Assembly: GCA_963835575.1 (NCBI GenBank)
Contig: CAWIGG010000002.1
Span: forward strand, 896,001-960,000
Source: an uncultured Spirochaetota bacterium
Lineage (GTDB): Bacteria > Spirochaetota > Brevinematia > Brevinematales > JAOACQ01
Direction of reading: 5' to 3'
Length of the DNA: 64,000 nucleotides
Part shown: one piece after another, positions 9,196 through 19,800 of the stretch
How positions within the stretch are numbered: the stretch's first letter is position 1
Layout of the letters: each line of letters starts with the position of its first letter
Made by a program: the position numbers and the translations under genes
The notes under the pieces: model-generated
The model's database searches: none
Seen by the model: only the letters and a program-made list of their open reading frames with translations
What the model was told of the DNA's origin: nothing

Positions 9196-9238
9196 GAAGA
9201 TTCCCGAGCTCTTCTATTAGAGGGGTTCGGGAATCTTC
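9196..9238 (+). promoter_or_regulatory. Structured 5' leader hairpin of rplU (possible ribosomal protein leader)
   Basis: 20-bp stem GAAGATTCCCGAGCTCTTCT/AGAGGGGTTCGGGAATCTTC with three G-U pairs that form only on the plus strand; no U-tract. Confidence 0.5.
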
Positions 9239-9278
9239 ACAACTATAGATTAAGAATTTTAAAATAGGGGAGTTAATT

Positions 9279-9650
9279 ATGTATGCTATAGTAGAAATTG
9301 GAAAAAGGCTTTATAAGATAGAAAAAGGGAGCGAAATACTGGTTGATAGAATTGAGACTAAAGAAGGCGAAAAATTAAAGTTTGACACTGTAACGCTCTA
9401 CAGAAATGATAATGAAATTATGATAGGAAAACCTTATGTGAATGATATCTCAGTTGAAGGAAAAGTTTTAGAAGCTGAGAAAAAAGGCGAAAAATTAGTT
9501 GTTTTTAAGTATAAGCAGAAAGCGAGTTATAGAAGAAAAACGGGTCACCGGCAGAAATATACAAAAATTCAGATTACCGGGATTAAGGTAGAAGAGAAAG
9601 AAAAGAAGTCCAAGACAGAGAAACAGGCGGCTGAAACCAAAGCTGAATAA
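9279..9650 (+). CDS. rplU: 50S ribosomal protein L21
   Basis: MYAIVEIG...YRRKTGHRQKYT. Confidence 0.97.
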   Translation: MYAIVEIGKRLYKIEKGSEILVDRIETKEGEKLKFDTVTLYRNDNEIMIGKPYVNDISVEGKVLEAEKKGEKLVVFKYKQKASYRRKTGHRQKYTKIQITGIKVEEKEKKSKTEKQAAETKAE

Positions 9651-9654
9651 CAAA

Positions 9655-9975
9655 ATGATTTCAGTAAAATTAAAAAAAAGTAAGGAAATTTTAGAAGTTC
9701 ATGCGGAAGGGCATGCTCTTTTTGATAAAAAAGGAAAAGATATTGTTTGCGCTTCTGCTTCTGTTCTTATTGAAAGCTGGTGTTTAAGCGAAAAAGAATT
9801 ATGTCTGGCTGAAATTGAGATCAATAGAAAAAGCGGTCGCTTAGAGGCCGAAGTTCATCATAGTAAAGAAGCGGATGTGTTATTGTTCAAGTCTTTGGCG
9901 CTTAGTTTGTTAACACTTGAGAAACAATATCCGGAAAATATTATAGTAATTGTGGAGGATGATAATGGCAGGTAG
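9655..9975 (+). CDS. prp: Ribosomal-processing cysteine protease Prp (YsxB-like)
   Basis: EGHA...[10 protein letters not shown] and QYPENI motifs; lies between rplU and rpmA. Confidence 0.88.
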   Translation: MISVKLKKSKEILEVHAEGHALFDKKGKDIVCASASVLIESWCLSEKELCLAEIEINRKSGRLEAEVHHSKEADVLLFKSLALSLLTLEKQYPENIIVIVEDDNGR

Positions 9976-10207
9976 CAGTACAGCGAAAAATGGCAGAGAT
10001 AGTAATTCTAAGAGATTGGGAGTCAAGAAATTTGAAGGGGAATTAGTGAAAGCCGGAAATATTATTATAAGACAGAGGGGCACTAAATATCATAATGGAA
10101 TAAATACCGGCTTGGGCAAGGATTACACCATATTTGCACTCAAAGCTGGTTATGTGGAGTTTATTGATCAAAGAGGACATAAGACTGTTCAGATCAAAGA
10201 GAAATAA
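9965..10207 (+). CDS. rpmA: 50S ribosomal protein L27
   Basis: [24 protein letters not shown] and [14 protein letters not shown] lies 6 nt before ATG 9965. Confidence 0.96.
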   Translation: MAGSSTAKNGRDSNSKRLGVKKFEGELVKAGNIIIRQRGTKYHNGINTGLGKDYTIFALKAGYVEFIDQRGHKTVQIKEK

Positions 10208-10221
10208 AAGCGGGGTGCAGT

Positions 10222-10557
10222 ATGAAACGCGCTAAAATGGAATATTTCAAAAAAAAATTAATAAAAATGGAAAACGAAATGCTTGAAAATATTAAAAGCG
10301 AAACAAGTGAAGAGGAAAATCCATTCGAAATAGACGGTGATTTAGTAGATAGGGCGGAAGCATTCAGCTCAGCTACTGTTAATGAAGGCCTTTCAAGTTC
10401 ACAAAAAAAGATAATTGAAGAAATCAGAAGAGCTATACAAAGAATTAAAGATAATAATTATGGAAAATGCACCATTTGCGGTGATGAAATAGAGGAAGAA
10501 AGACTTGAAGTTATTCCTTACGCAGATAAATGTAAAAAACATATGAATAACCGGTAA
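10222..10557 (+). CDS. DksA/TraR-family zinc-finger protein
   Basis: DLVDRA (DxxDxA) coiled-coil tip; YGKCTICGDEIEEERLEVIPYADKCKKH. Confidence 0.9.
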   Translation: MKRAKMEYFKKKLIKMENEMLENIKSETSEEENPFEIDGDLVDRAEAFSSATVNEGLSSSQKKIIEEIRRAIQRIKDNNYGKCTICGDEIEEERLEVIPYADKCKKHMNNR

Positions 10558-10565
10558 TATATTAT

Positions 10566-10601
10566 AAAAAACCCCGCTCTATGGAAAGAGCGGGGTTTTT
10601 T
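10566..10601 (+). terminator. Rho-independent terminator
   Basis: CCCCGCTCT/AGAGCGGGG stem flanked by A6 and T6. Confidence 0.85.
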
Positions 10602-10653
10602 GTGTTTTTATAAGAATTGATTTATTATAATATAAATCTATTATTTCATTGAG

Positions 10654-11679
10654 GTGTATGTTATGAAGCGGTTTTTGTGTGCTAATTTATTAATATTAGC
10701 CTTATTTTTATTTGCCGGGTGTGCAGGTGATATTACTATAAATAAAGATGATATCCTGTTCGAAATAAAAAAAGGCGAAAATATTCAGGTTCTGGCTAAG
10801 AGGTTAAAAAAAGAGAATATTATTAAAAATCCTCTCCGGTTTCAAATTCTGGCAAAACTTATGAGGAAAGGCGGGGAAATGAAATTCGGGATTTATTTAA
10901 TAAATAAAGGCGAAACATATTCAGATCTTATAAAGAAGTTCGCCTCAGGGCAGACATATTCAATAAAAATTACAATTCCGGAAGGAAGTAATATATTTCA
11001 AATCGCTGATATTCTTGCAGAAAAGAATATAGCGACAAATGGAGAATTTATAAAGGAATGCAGTAATAAAATATTTCTCTCTCAATATAATTTACCCTTT
11101 AATTCGACATTAGAAGGTTATCTTTATCCTGATACATATATGATCCCGATAGGCTATCGAAGCGATAAAATTGTACAGATATTTTTAGATCATTTCAGTA
11201 AAATAATCGATCAAAATATCCTCAATCAAATTTATAAAAAAGGCCTGACATTGCAGAAAGTACTTACTATGGCCTCAATTATTGAAAAAGAAGCGAAGAT
11301 GGAATATGAAAAACCTATTATTTCAGGTGTTTACTATAACCGTTTAAAAAAGGGAATGAGGCTTCAGGCGGATCCTACCTTGATTTATGCATTGATCCTG
11401 GCCGGTACATACAATGGGGATATAAGATATAGGGATTTTGAAATTGATTCAAAGTATAATACATATAAACACTATGGCTTACCGCCTTCTCCTATTGCTA
11501 ATCCAGGCAAAACATCCATATTGGCCGCCATTTATCCCGCAGAAGTTGAATACCTTTACTTTGTTGCAAAACCGGATGGTTCCCATTATTTTTCAAAGAC
11601 ACTCTCTGAACATAACAAAGCGGTTTACCAATATCAGAAATTACCTGCTATTGAAAGAAGAAAGAAAAGGAATAATTGA
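10654..11679 (+). CDS. mltG: Endolytic transglycosylase MltG
   Basis: ITIPEG, LEGYLYPDTY, ASIIEKE, LQADPT, YNTYKHYGLPPSPIANPG, YLYFV. Confidence 0.95.
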   Translation: MYVMKRFLCANLLILALFLFAGCAGDITINKDDILFEIKKGENIQVLAKRLKKENIIKNPLRFQILAKLMRKGGEMKFGIYLINKGETYSDLIKKFASGQTYSIKITIPEGSNIFQIADILAEKNIATNGEFIKECSNKIFLSQYNLPFNSTLEGYLYPDTYMIPIGYRSDKIVQIFLDHFSKIIDQNILNQIYKKGLTLQKVLTMASIIEKEAKMEYEKPIISGVYYNRLKKGMRLQADPTLIYALILAGTYNGDIRYRDFEIDSKYNTYKHYGLPPSPIANPGKTSILAAIYPAEVEYLYFVAKPDGSHYFSKTLSEHNKAVYQYQKLPAIERRKKRNN

Positions 11680-11681
11680 AT

Positions 11682-12863
11682 TTATGCGATATATTCCGAG
11701 TTCTGGAGTCTGACAACACTTTGTATAAATTCATCCAGTTTATTTTTATCCTTCCAGTCCATATTGGCTGAAAACCGGATGCCAATTATTTTATAACCTT
11801 CTGCGGTATCCTCATAGATATTGACAAGTGTTGACATGGTTTTAATGACTGTTTCATCAGGAAAATAGAGCTGTAAATAGAGGCGCTTCATCAATCTCAT
11901 GTACTTATAAAAATCTGCTTCTGAAACAATAAATTTAGCGCCGTTAACGCTTATATCGATTATTGATTGCGGCGTTTTTGAAACAATTTCAAATGCGCAT
12001 TTGGTAAATAGATTATCCACAGCATTTATTGCAAGATTATTCAATCTGATAACATTGGGGCGTATTATTAATTCCTTGAGTGAAACAACTTTTATCTGCC
12101 CGATTACTTCTTCTTCAAAAACAAGAGGAACAATTGCTTCGCTCTTGATCTGATTTTTCTGATAAAATTCCTTAATCTTGTCCAGCTGGGATAATATCTC
12201 ATTAAAATTGGAACCTTCTTCGCTGAGAGTTTTGACAAAATCTTCATAAGTGAGAACGGTCTCATCCCGAAGGGACATGTTATTTGTATCAAAAACAACA
12301 AAAGGTTTCTGGAATTTTTTGAGCAGTTTAATTATTGTACTTTTCTCGGTCCCGTCAAAAAGGGAAATTTTCGCAATATCATAGTTTTCTGATCTTACTA
12401 ACGTACTTTCTATTGTATTCATAATAAGATGAATCTTGCGGGAAAGTTCTTCATCCTGAATTGTGGGATCAACGACTTTAACGGAAATGAGAGCGTACAT
12501 TTTTTGAATAAAAGTATTGCCTGCAATTTTTATCCTGACTGTTTTACGTTTTGGATGGGATTTAATCATTTCGGGTACAGAAATGCTTTTTCCTGACATG
12601 GGAACAGCCGTGAAGAGAAATACATTAGCGCCAAGCGTGATTTCCGCTTCAAGAGGCCTCATATTATAGGATTCTAAATTAAGATCAGGTTTATTTGATT
12701 CAACTTTCGAAAACAATATTTGATCACCTTTAATTTCACGGAACCGGACATGAAACTTATTATCTCTATCTGATAAGATTCCTGAAGCCCCGTTAGCGCA
12801 CATTATTGCGATCATCTTCATTATTTCTTTCTCTTCTTTGTATAATTCTTCTGTAATCATCAA
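11682..12863 (-). CDS. PilZ-domain protein (DUF1577-like) with internal GAF-like region
   Basis: RKTVR (RxxxR) near residue 105, EAIVPLVFEEEVIGQIKV (GAF-like), IIDISVNGAKF (DxSxxG) and IGIRF (PilZ barrel). Confidence 0.7.
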   Translation of the reverse strand: MMITEELYKEEKEIMKMIAIMCANGASGILSDRDNKFHVRFREIKGDQILFSKVESNKPDLNLESYNMRPLEAEITLGANVFLFTAVPMSGKSISVPEMIKSHPKRKTVRIKIAGNTFIQKMYALISVKVVDPTIQDEELSRKIHLIMNTIESTLVRSENYDIAKISLFDGTEKSTIIKLLKKFQKPFVVFDTNNMSLRDETVLTYEDFVKTLSEEGSNFNEILSQLDKIKEFYQKNQIKSEAIVPLVFEEEVIGQIKVVSLKELIIRPNVIRLNNLAINAVDNLFTKCAFEIVSKTPQSIIDISVNGAKFIVSEADFYKYMRLMKRLYLQLYFPDETVIKTMSTLVNIYEDTAEGYKIIGIRFSANMDWKDKNKLDEFIQSVVRLQNSEYIA

Positions 12864-12892
12864 ATTCTCTTTATAAAAGATTTATAAAATAG

Positions 12893-12920
12893 TTATCGGA
12901 ACAATCTAACTCCTTCTTGA
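12893..12920 (-). promoter_or_regulatory. Sigma-28-type promoter for the PilZ gene
   Basis: Minus strand TCAA-N16-TCCGATAA, about 30 bp upstream of the start. Confidence 0.55.
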
Positions 12921-12958
12921 GTAAAGCTTTCTGAACAATGGATAATAGAAAAAACAAT

Positions 12959-12987
12959 AAAAAAGGGGCAGAATTTACTGCCCCTTT
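12959..12987 (-). terminator. Rho-independent terminator after the HU gene
   Basis: AAAGGGGCAG/CTGCCCCTTT stem followed by a U-tract on the minus strand. Confidence 0.8.
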
Positions 12988-12990
12988 ATT

Positions 12991-13308
12991 TTAGCTGTTC
13001 ATTATTGTTTGCTTCATTTCCCTGCCGGCTTTAAAAAATGGGGATTTTCTTTCCGGTACTTTTACCTCTTCACCTGTTTTGGGATTACGGGCTATACGCG
13101 CCTTTCTTTTTTTAATTCCAAAAGTTCCAAATCCGCGTAATTCTATTCTGTCATTTTGATTTAAATTTTCAATAGATTCTCTCAGCTTATCAATGAATTT
13201 AGCTATTACTACGCCGACTTCTTTTCTTGACATTCCGTATTCTTTTACCTCAGAATCTTCAAAAACAGTATCCACAATATCCGATTTAGTCATCTTGCTT
13301 CTACCCAT
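12991..13308 (-). CDS. HU/IHF-family DNA-binding protein (Hbb-like)
   Basis: IELRGFGTF...ARNPKTGEEV..P...PFFKAG. AGGAGG precedes ATG 13308. Directly downstream of rpsT. Confidence 0.93.
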   Translation of the reverse strand: MGRSKMTKSDIVDTVFEDSEVKEYGMSRKEVGVVIAKFIDKLRESIENLNQNDRIELRGFGTFGIKKRKARIARNPKTGEEVKVPERKSPFFKAGREMKQTIMNS

Positions 13309-13318
13309 TTTATACCTC

Positions 13319-13603
13319 CTACTTGTTTTCAACTTGTGATTTTTTTGCAAGCATCTTATCAATTCTCGATTTAAGACGGGAAGACTTATTCCTTTTAAAT
13401 ATGCCTTTTGCCCATGCTTTGTCAACCTGGGATTTATAAAAGTTTAAAGCCTGTACTAAATCTTCCTGTTTTGCATTAGAAGATGATAATAAAGAAATCG
13501 TCTTTTTTTGTAAATTCTTCATATAACTTCTTAAAGCTTTATTTCTTTCTCTTCTTTTAGCTTCCTGCCGCACTCTCTTCTTAGCTGATTTGATAATAGG
13601 CAC
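13319..13603 (-). CDS. rpsT: 30S ribosomal protein S20
   Basis: MPIIKSAKKRVRQ...VDKAWAKGIFKRNKSSRLKSR; GTG start. Confidence 0.95.
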   Translation of the reverse strand: MPIIKSAKKRVRQEAKRRERNKALRSYMKNLQKKTISLLSSSNAKQEDLVQALNFYKSQVDKAWAKGIFKRNKSSRLKSRIDKMLAKKSQVENK

Positions 13604-13754
13604 TTGACCCTCCTTTTAATCACTCAATAACATTAAATATTTTATGTTATGTTAACGAATTAGTCAAATATTTTTTGCTAACTTTTTGTTAAAAAAGGGG
13701 TTCTCTATTATAATCTAATGAGTAACAAATTAAATAATAAACAGAAGGAATTCT

Positions 13755-14768
13755 ATGATAGAAGAAAAAATAACAACAGCTGATTTTCTGAAAGGCGACA
13801 TGGATGATAAACTGAGACCTCAGAATTTTAACGATTTTGTCGGTCAGGACAAAGTAAAAGAAAACATAAAAGTATTTGTCGAGGCAGCGAAAATGAGAAA
13901 TTCCTCTCTTGATCATACGATTTTATACGGACCTCCCGGTCTTGGAAAAACCACACTGGCTAAAATAATAGCAAATGAATTAGGACGGACGATAAAAATG
14001 ATAACAGCGCCCGCTATTGAAAAACAGGGTGATTTAATGGCTATACTGTCGACTTTAGAAGAAGGAGATATCCTCTTTATTGATGAAATTCACCGGTTAA
14101 AAAAGATACTTGAAGAAGTTCTCTATTCTGCGATGGAAGATTTTAAAGTTGATATCATTATCGGAGAGGGAACAGGAGCACGGACCTTAAAAATCACTTT
14201 GCCGCATTTTACATTAATAGGCGCGACGACAAGAATAGGCGCCATCACAGGTCCGCTGCGTTCCAGATTCGGTATAATAGAAAGGCTGGATTATTATGAT
14301 CCGGAAAGCTTAAAGAAAATTGTCACAAGAAGCTCCAGTCTTCTAAATATCAAAATTGACGGCGAAGGTATTGCTGAAATCGCCAGACGTTCGAGAGGCA
14401 CTCCCAGGATTGCCAACAGGCTTTTAAAAAGGGTCAGTGATTTCGCTCTGGTGGAAAAACATAATGTTATCGATAATGAGTTTGCGGATTACGCTTTGAA
14501 GAGGCTTGAAGTCGATAATAAAGGGCTTGACGCAATGGATAGAAAAATTCTAAAGATTATCATAGAAAATTATAAAGGCGGTCCTGTCGGTATTTCAGCG
14601 ATTGCGGCAGCGGTCAGCGAAGAGGTTGATACTATCGAGGATGTTTATGAGCCTTTTCTGATCCAGCAGGGATTTATTAACAGGAGCCCCCGAGGCCGTA
14701 TGGCATCGCGTATCTCTTACGAACATATGGGATATCCGGTTAAAGATAAAGAGCTTAATTTATTTTAA
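13755..14768 (+). CDS. ruvB: Holliday junction helicase RuvB
   Basis: LRPQ.F..FVGQ, GPPGLGKTTLA, FIDEIHRL, GATTR, RGTPRIANRLL, YEPFL. Confidence 0.97.
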   Translation: MIEEKITTADFLKGDMDDKLRPQNFNDFVGQDKVKENIKVFVEAAKMRNSSLDHTILYGPPGLGKTTLAKIIANELGRTIKMITAPAIEKQGDLMAILSTLEEGDILFIDEIHRLKKILEEVLYSAMEDFKVDIIIGEGTGARTLKITLPHFTLIGATTRIGAITGPLRSRFGIIERLDYYDPESLKKIVTRSSSLLNIKIDGEGIAEIARRSRGTPRIANRLLKRVSDFALVEKHNVIDNEFADYALKRLEVDNKGLDAMDRKILKIIIENYKGGPVGISAIAAAVSEEVDTIEDVYEPFLIQQGFINRSPRGRMASRISYEHMGYPVKDKELNLF

Positions 14769-14789
14769 GCATGATATGTAATGAATTAT

Positions 14790-14950
14790 AAGCGGTTCCA
14801 AATACATAGTGCCAAAATCTGCAGCTCCTCACCATTTTGTAAGGCAACATCGGTGAAGCTCACAAAATAGTGAGAGGCAGTGTCTTTTTATTATCTTTAA
14901 TCTTTATTTCATCGTGGCAGTATCAAAACCCTTGGTTTTTGAAACTGCCC
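14790..14950. repeat. Composite palindromic/MITE-like element, subtype B
   Basis: Degenerate left end AGCGGTTCCAAA. Core GCAGCTCCTCACCATTTTG...CAAAATAGTGAG (14821-14875), homologous to 52319-52379. Terminal hairpin GGCAGTATCAAAA...TTTTGAAACTGCC (14916-14949). Confidence 0.7.
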
Positions 14951-15907
14951 TTATTTCATTATCTGCTCGATTTCTTTCATTATTGAATCATTCAGTTGAT
15001 TTTTTACTTCTGCGGCCTTTAAATTATCCAGCAGTTGTTCCTTACGGCTGGCCCCTGTTATGACGGTGCTGACGTTCGGGTTTTTCAGGCACCAGGCTAT
15101 GGCAAGCTGAGGGAGGGAGCAGCCGATTTTTTGAGCGAGTTCGCCTAATTTCATCACTTTTTTAATATTAGTTTCTGATAAAAGTTTATTTTCCTTCATC
15201 ATATTTCTCAGCCAATCGACATTTGCGAGCCTGGACCCTTCAGGTATTCCCTGATTATATTTGCCTGTTAAAAAACCCGATGCCAGAGGGCTCCAGACTG
15301 TTGTTCCCATTCCGTATTTTTTATAGAGCGGCTTGAATTCGGTTTCCACCTTTTCCCTGATGAAAAGATTATACTGCGGCTGTTCCATAACCGGTTCCAT
15401 GCAGTTTAATTCTTTCGCTATTTTATGTGCGGATTCAATTTCCTTTGCGCTCCATTCGGAAGTACCCCAATAAATGGCCAGGCCGTTCCTCACAACATAA
15501 TCCATGGCAAGAACTGTTTCTTCGATAGGGGTTTCAGGATCGGGACGGTGGCAGAAAACAAGGTCAACATATTCCATTTTAAACCTTTTTAATGAATTAT
15601 GGATTCCTTCAATGATATGTTTGCGGTTCAGTCCCGTCTGGTTTGGTTTGCTGCCGCCCCAGAATATCTTTGTGGATATGACAAGATCTTCTCTTTTGAA
15701 ATCTTTCAGCGCTTCACCCATGAGGATTTCAGCCTGGCCTTCGGCATAACCTTCCGCGTTATCGAAGAAATTTACGCCGGCTTCATAGGCTGTACGCATG
15801 CATTCTTTGGCATGATCCAGATCGAGCTGGCTGCCGAAAGTGACCCAGGACCCGAATGAAAGCTCGCTTAATTTCAGACCTGATTTCCCTAAATGGTTAT
15901 ACTGCAT
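14951..15907 (-). CDS. Aldo/keto reductase (Kv-beta-like subfamily)
   Basis: [58 protein letters not shown]. Confidence 0.93.
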   Translation of the reverse strand: MQYNHLGKSGLKLSELSFGSWVTFGSQLDLDHAKECMRTAYEAGVNFFDNAEGYAEGQAEILMGEALKDFKREDLVISTKIFWGGSKPNQTGLNRKHIIEGIHNSLKRFKMEYVDLVFCHRPDPETPIEETVLAMDYVVRNGLAIYWGTSEWSAKEIESAHKIAKELNCMEPVMEQPQYNLFIREKVETEFKPLYKKYGMGTTVWSPLASGFLTGKYNQGIPEGSRLANVDWLRNMMKENKLLSETNIKKVMKLGELAQKIGCSLPQLAIAWCLKNPNVSTVITGASRKEQLLDNLKAAEVKNQLNDSIMKEIEQIMK

Positions 15908-15928
15908 AAGATTCTCCTTATCTAAAAT

Positions 15929-16786
15929 TTATAACTCTTTGTTTTTCAAGAAAGTATCATTTTCCAATTCCATAAAAGCCGTTCTTAATTCATCTTCTGT
16001 GTTCATCACTATGGGACCCTGCCAAGCTATTGGTTCATTGATGGGTTTGCCTGAAACCAGAAGAATTCTCAAATTATTTTCTCCAGATGTGATTAAAATC
16101 TCATTACCGTCTTCATAAATAACCGTGTTACCGTTATTTATTGGATTTTTGCCGTCGAAAAGGCCGCTGCCCTCTAAGATATAAGCAAATGCTGTATAAC
16201 CTTTTTTTGTTTTATGATCAAATTCGATTCCTTTTTCAATACTGATATCAAGAAACTCAGGATCAATTTCAATATTTTGAACCGGCCCGGTTATACCATT
16301 TTGTGATCCGCTGATAATCCTGATTTTAACGCCATTATCAATATTAATTTCCGGTATATCTTTTGATTTTATTTCCCTGTATTGAGGATTTGTCATTTTT
16401 TTAGCCGACGGAAGATTCGCCCAGAGCTGTAATCCCCAGAGAAGTCCGTTTTTCCCGCCATTCGGCATTTCCTGATGGATGATCCCGCTGCCGGCCGTCA
16501 TCCATTGCGCGTCCCCGGCTTTAATCACTCCTTTGTTGCCGATACTGTCCGAGTGTTCAATATTTCCTGAAAGCACATACGTGATTGTTTCTATACCCCG
16601 ATGCGGGTGCCATGGAAAGCCTGATTTGTAATCATCGGGATTATTGGAATGAAAAACATCCAGCAGTAAAAAGGGATCAAGAAGCCTGGTTTGATTATAT
16701 CCGAAAGCTCTATTTAAATGAACGCCCGCACCTTCTAAAGTTGGTACGCTTTTTATAATTGAATTTATTTTTCTTATATGCGGCAT
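15929..16786 (-). CDS. Pirin-family protein
   Basis: DPFLLLD, GFPWHPHRGIETITY, QWMTAGSGIIHQE, GPIVMNT. Start is ATG 16786 (GAAGG RBS) or 16807. Confidence 0.95.
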   Translation of the reverse strand: MPHIRKINSIIKSVPTLEGAGVHLNRAFGYNQTRLLDPFLLLDVFHSNNPDDYKSGFPWHPHRGIETITYVLSGNIEHSDSIGNKGVIKAGDAQWMTAGSGIIHQEMPNGGKNGLLWGLQLWANLPSAKKMTNPQYREIKSKDIPEINIDNGVKIRIISGSQNGITGPVQNIEIDPEFLDISIEKGIEFDHKTKKGYTAFAYILEGSGLFDGKNPINNGNTVIYEDGNEILITSGENNLRILLVSGKPINEPIAWQGPIVMNTEDELRTAFMELENDTFLKNKEL

Positions 16787-16890
16787 GATGATAACCTTCT
16801 TTTTCATTATTATATAAAATAGTAAAAAAGGAGGTTCAAATCAAATAATATCTTCATGATTCTCATCAGCGCCATTAATAAATATTATTT

Positions 16891-19800
16891 TTAATACAGC
16901 CAGTATCCTATAATGTTCGGTATCCTGATTATTTCCTGCATCAGGGCATGGGAATATTTTACCCGGTATTTATCGGAAGCATAAATGACATCACATTCTT
17001 TTTCTTCGATAATATGAAAAATAATCCTGATTATGCCCTGTGATGAAGGGTTTTCCGCGATTTTTTTTACGGACTGAAGAGACTGTTTTATCATGTCGAG
17101 CGAATCGATATTTTCAAGACAGATATGCAATTCTGTAAAGCGTTCCTGAGACAGGGATTCAATAGGTTTAATACTCGAAACATCAAATTGAATGCCGTTT
17201 TTCCCTTCTGATACGGCGGTCCGCATCATAATAAAATTATTATCTATAAGATAATTTTTATACTGTTCGTATTTTTCAGAAAAAAGATATAATTTAAAAT
17301 TACTGATACCGTTATCCAGGGACAATATGGCATAATTCTTATTATTTGAAGTGATTTTTACAGCCAGGTTATTGATAAAGCCCCAGAGAAGGATATTTGT
17401 ACCCGGTTTCAGCTTTGAAATCAATTCAAAAGAACAATGAGACAGAGTGCCGTATTCTTTTTTGTGATGCGCAAAGAGTTTTCCGCTGAGATAAAAGCCG
17501 AATAAAGCCACCTCATTTTCAAAATCGTCTTTTAAAGTAAACGGTTTAACATTTTTCTGCATATGGACAGGCTGCAGCCCGTTTTCCGCATTTTCAAACA
17601 GGTTCAGTTTGCCGTCTTTTTTATCCTTGAGATTTTTCCCGACCTGCAGGATATAATTATCCAGATTATATGTCAGTAACGCTTTTTCTTTAAGATAATC
17701 CGCGGGAGAATAAAAACTGTCAAAGCAGCCGGTTTTAATCAGAATCTCAACGGAAGCTTTTTTAAATTCGTCATGTTTAATGATCCGGTGAATAAAATCA
17801 TCAAAAGAGTTAAAATTGCCTCCCATTTCACGTTCTTCAATAATGGCCAGTGATATGCTTTCTCCCAGGCCTTTAATTCCGCCGAATCCGAATATTATGG
17901 AAGGATCTTTTGTGTCCGGTATTTCTTTGAATTCCCAGAAGCTTTGATTAATATCAGGCGGAAGAATCTTGATACCGTTAGCGATGGCTTCCTGGCAGTA
18001 CAGGCGGATATTGTCGGAATTACTCATATTGAGCGTCAGAAGCGAAGATATAAATTCCAGTTTATAATGGGCTTTCAGATAAGCAATCTGGTAGGCGAGT
18101 ATCGCGTAAGCGGCCGAATGGGATTTGTTAAAAGCATAATTCGAAAAGGGGATGAGTATTTCAAATATTTTTTCCGCCAGTTCTTTGGAGAATCCCTGTT
18201 TGAGAGCGCCTTCTATCCATTCGGGGCGGATTTTATCGAGTTCTTCCGGCTTTTTCTTGGCCATCATACGTCTGACGACATCGGCTTTTCCCAGGGAGAA
18301 TCCGGCCAGTGTCTGAGCGATCTGCATTACCTGTTCCTGATAGACTATAACACCGTAAGTGCTTTTCAATATCGGCTCAAGTTTGGGGTGAAAACAGTCT
18401 ATGGCTTCCTTTCCCTGTTTTCTGGCTATAAAGGTGGGTATAAAATCCATCGGTCCGGGCCTGTATAATGCGTTCATGGCTATCAGGTCGTCAAGGGAAG
18501 TCGGCTTAAGCTTTTTTAAATAATCAGTCATACCGGGCGATTCAAATTGGAAAATGCCCATAGTTTCCCCGTGCCAGAATAATTTAAAGACCTCATTGTC
18601 ATCATAAGGAATGTTGGTAATGTCGATTTTAATATTATGGTTTTTCCTTATTTTTAACAGGCAGTCTTTTATCATTGTCAGGTTGGAAAGGCCTAAAATA
18701 TCCATTTTGAGCAGGCCGTTCTTTTCAAGATAATCGCCCTCAAATTGAGTGGAAATGAGACCGCTGGACATATCTTTGTAAAGAGGAACAACATCCGTTA
18801 AAGGGGAGTCTGATATGATCAGGCCGGAAGCATGGGTCCCTATATTCCTGATCGTTCCGTCCAATTTCGCGGAATAACCGATCCATTCCTTTTCACCGGC
18901 GTTTCCGTTTTGATACATTTTTTTAATTTCGGGTATCTTATTAATAACATCCGTTAAAACCTCATTGGCCATTTTATTGTCTATCAGCTTGGTAGTTCTG
19001 TTTACATTTTCCAGAGGGATTTCCATCACTCTCCCCACATCTTTTAAAGAAGCGCGCGATTTCATGACGCCGAAAGTGATTATATCGGCTGTTTTATCAT
19101 ATCCATATTTTGTCCTGATATATTCTTTGACCTCATCCCTCCGGTCATCCTGAAAATCAACGTCAATATCAGGCATGCTGATCCTTTCAGGATTCAGGAA
19201 ACGCTCAAATAGCAGGCCGTATTTAATGGGGTCCACATCAGTGATGGATAGAATATATGAGATCAGCGCACCGGCGGCGGACCCTCTGCCGGGCCCTACC
19301 AGGATGCCTTTATTTTTTGCGTAGCTGACAAAATCAGAAACTATAAGGAAATAATTTGAAAACCCCATTTTTTTAATTAAATCAACTTCCATCTCTAATC
19401 TCTGTCTGTAGACATCCGGGACCTGCTGCTTAAAACGCTTGTTCAAACCATCGCCGCAGAGCCTTTCGAGATAGCTTTCGGCCGTTTCCCCGTCCGGAAG
19501 CGGGAATAGAGGCAGGTGTTTGATAAACCGGATATCAAACGAGCACATTTCGGCTATTTTTTTTGTATTATATAAAGATTCCGGTATTTCTTTAAAGAGG
19601 GTTTCCATTTCTACAGGCGGCTTAAAATAGAATTCTTCATTCTGGAATTTATAGCGATTCGGATCTTTGAGCGTCGTTTTATCACGGATGGCAAAAACGA
19701 TTTCCTGAAGTTTCGCGTCTTCTTTATGAATATAGTGTGAATCATTAGTGGCAATCAATTTTATGCCTGTCTTTTGGGATATTTCGATCATTTTCGCAGT

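Noticed and set aside
13309..13425. N-terminal extension of the HU protein overlapping rpsT
   Set aside because: A strong AGGAGG precedes ATG 13308; the extension is just open frame across rpsT.
17944..18468. 174-aa ORF antisense to dnaE, and similar short ORFs opposite or inside gatA, cimA, pheA, fliG, fliI and others
   Set aside because: They lie within conserved genes and have no recognisable motifs.
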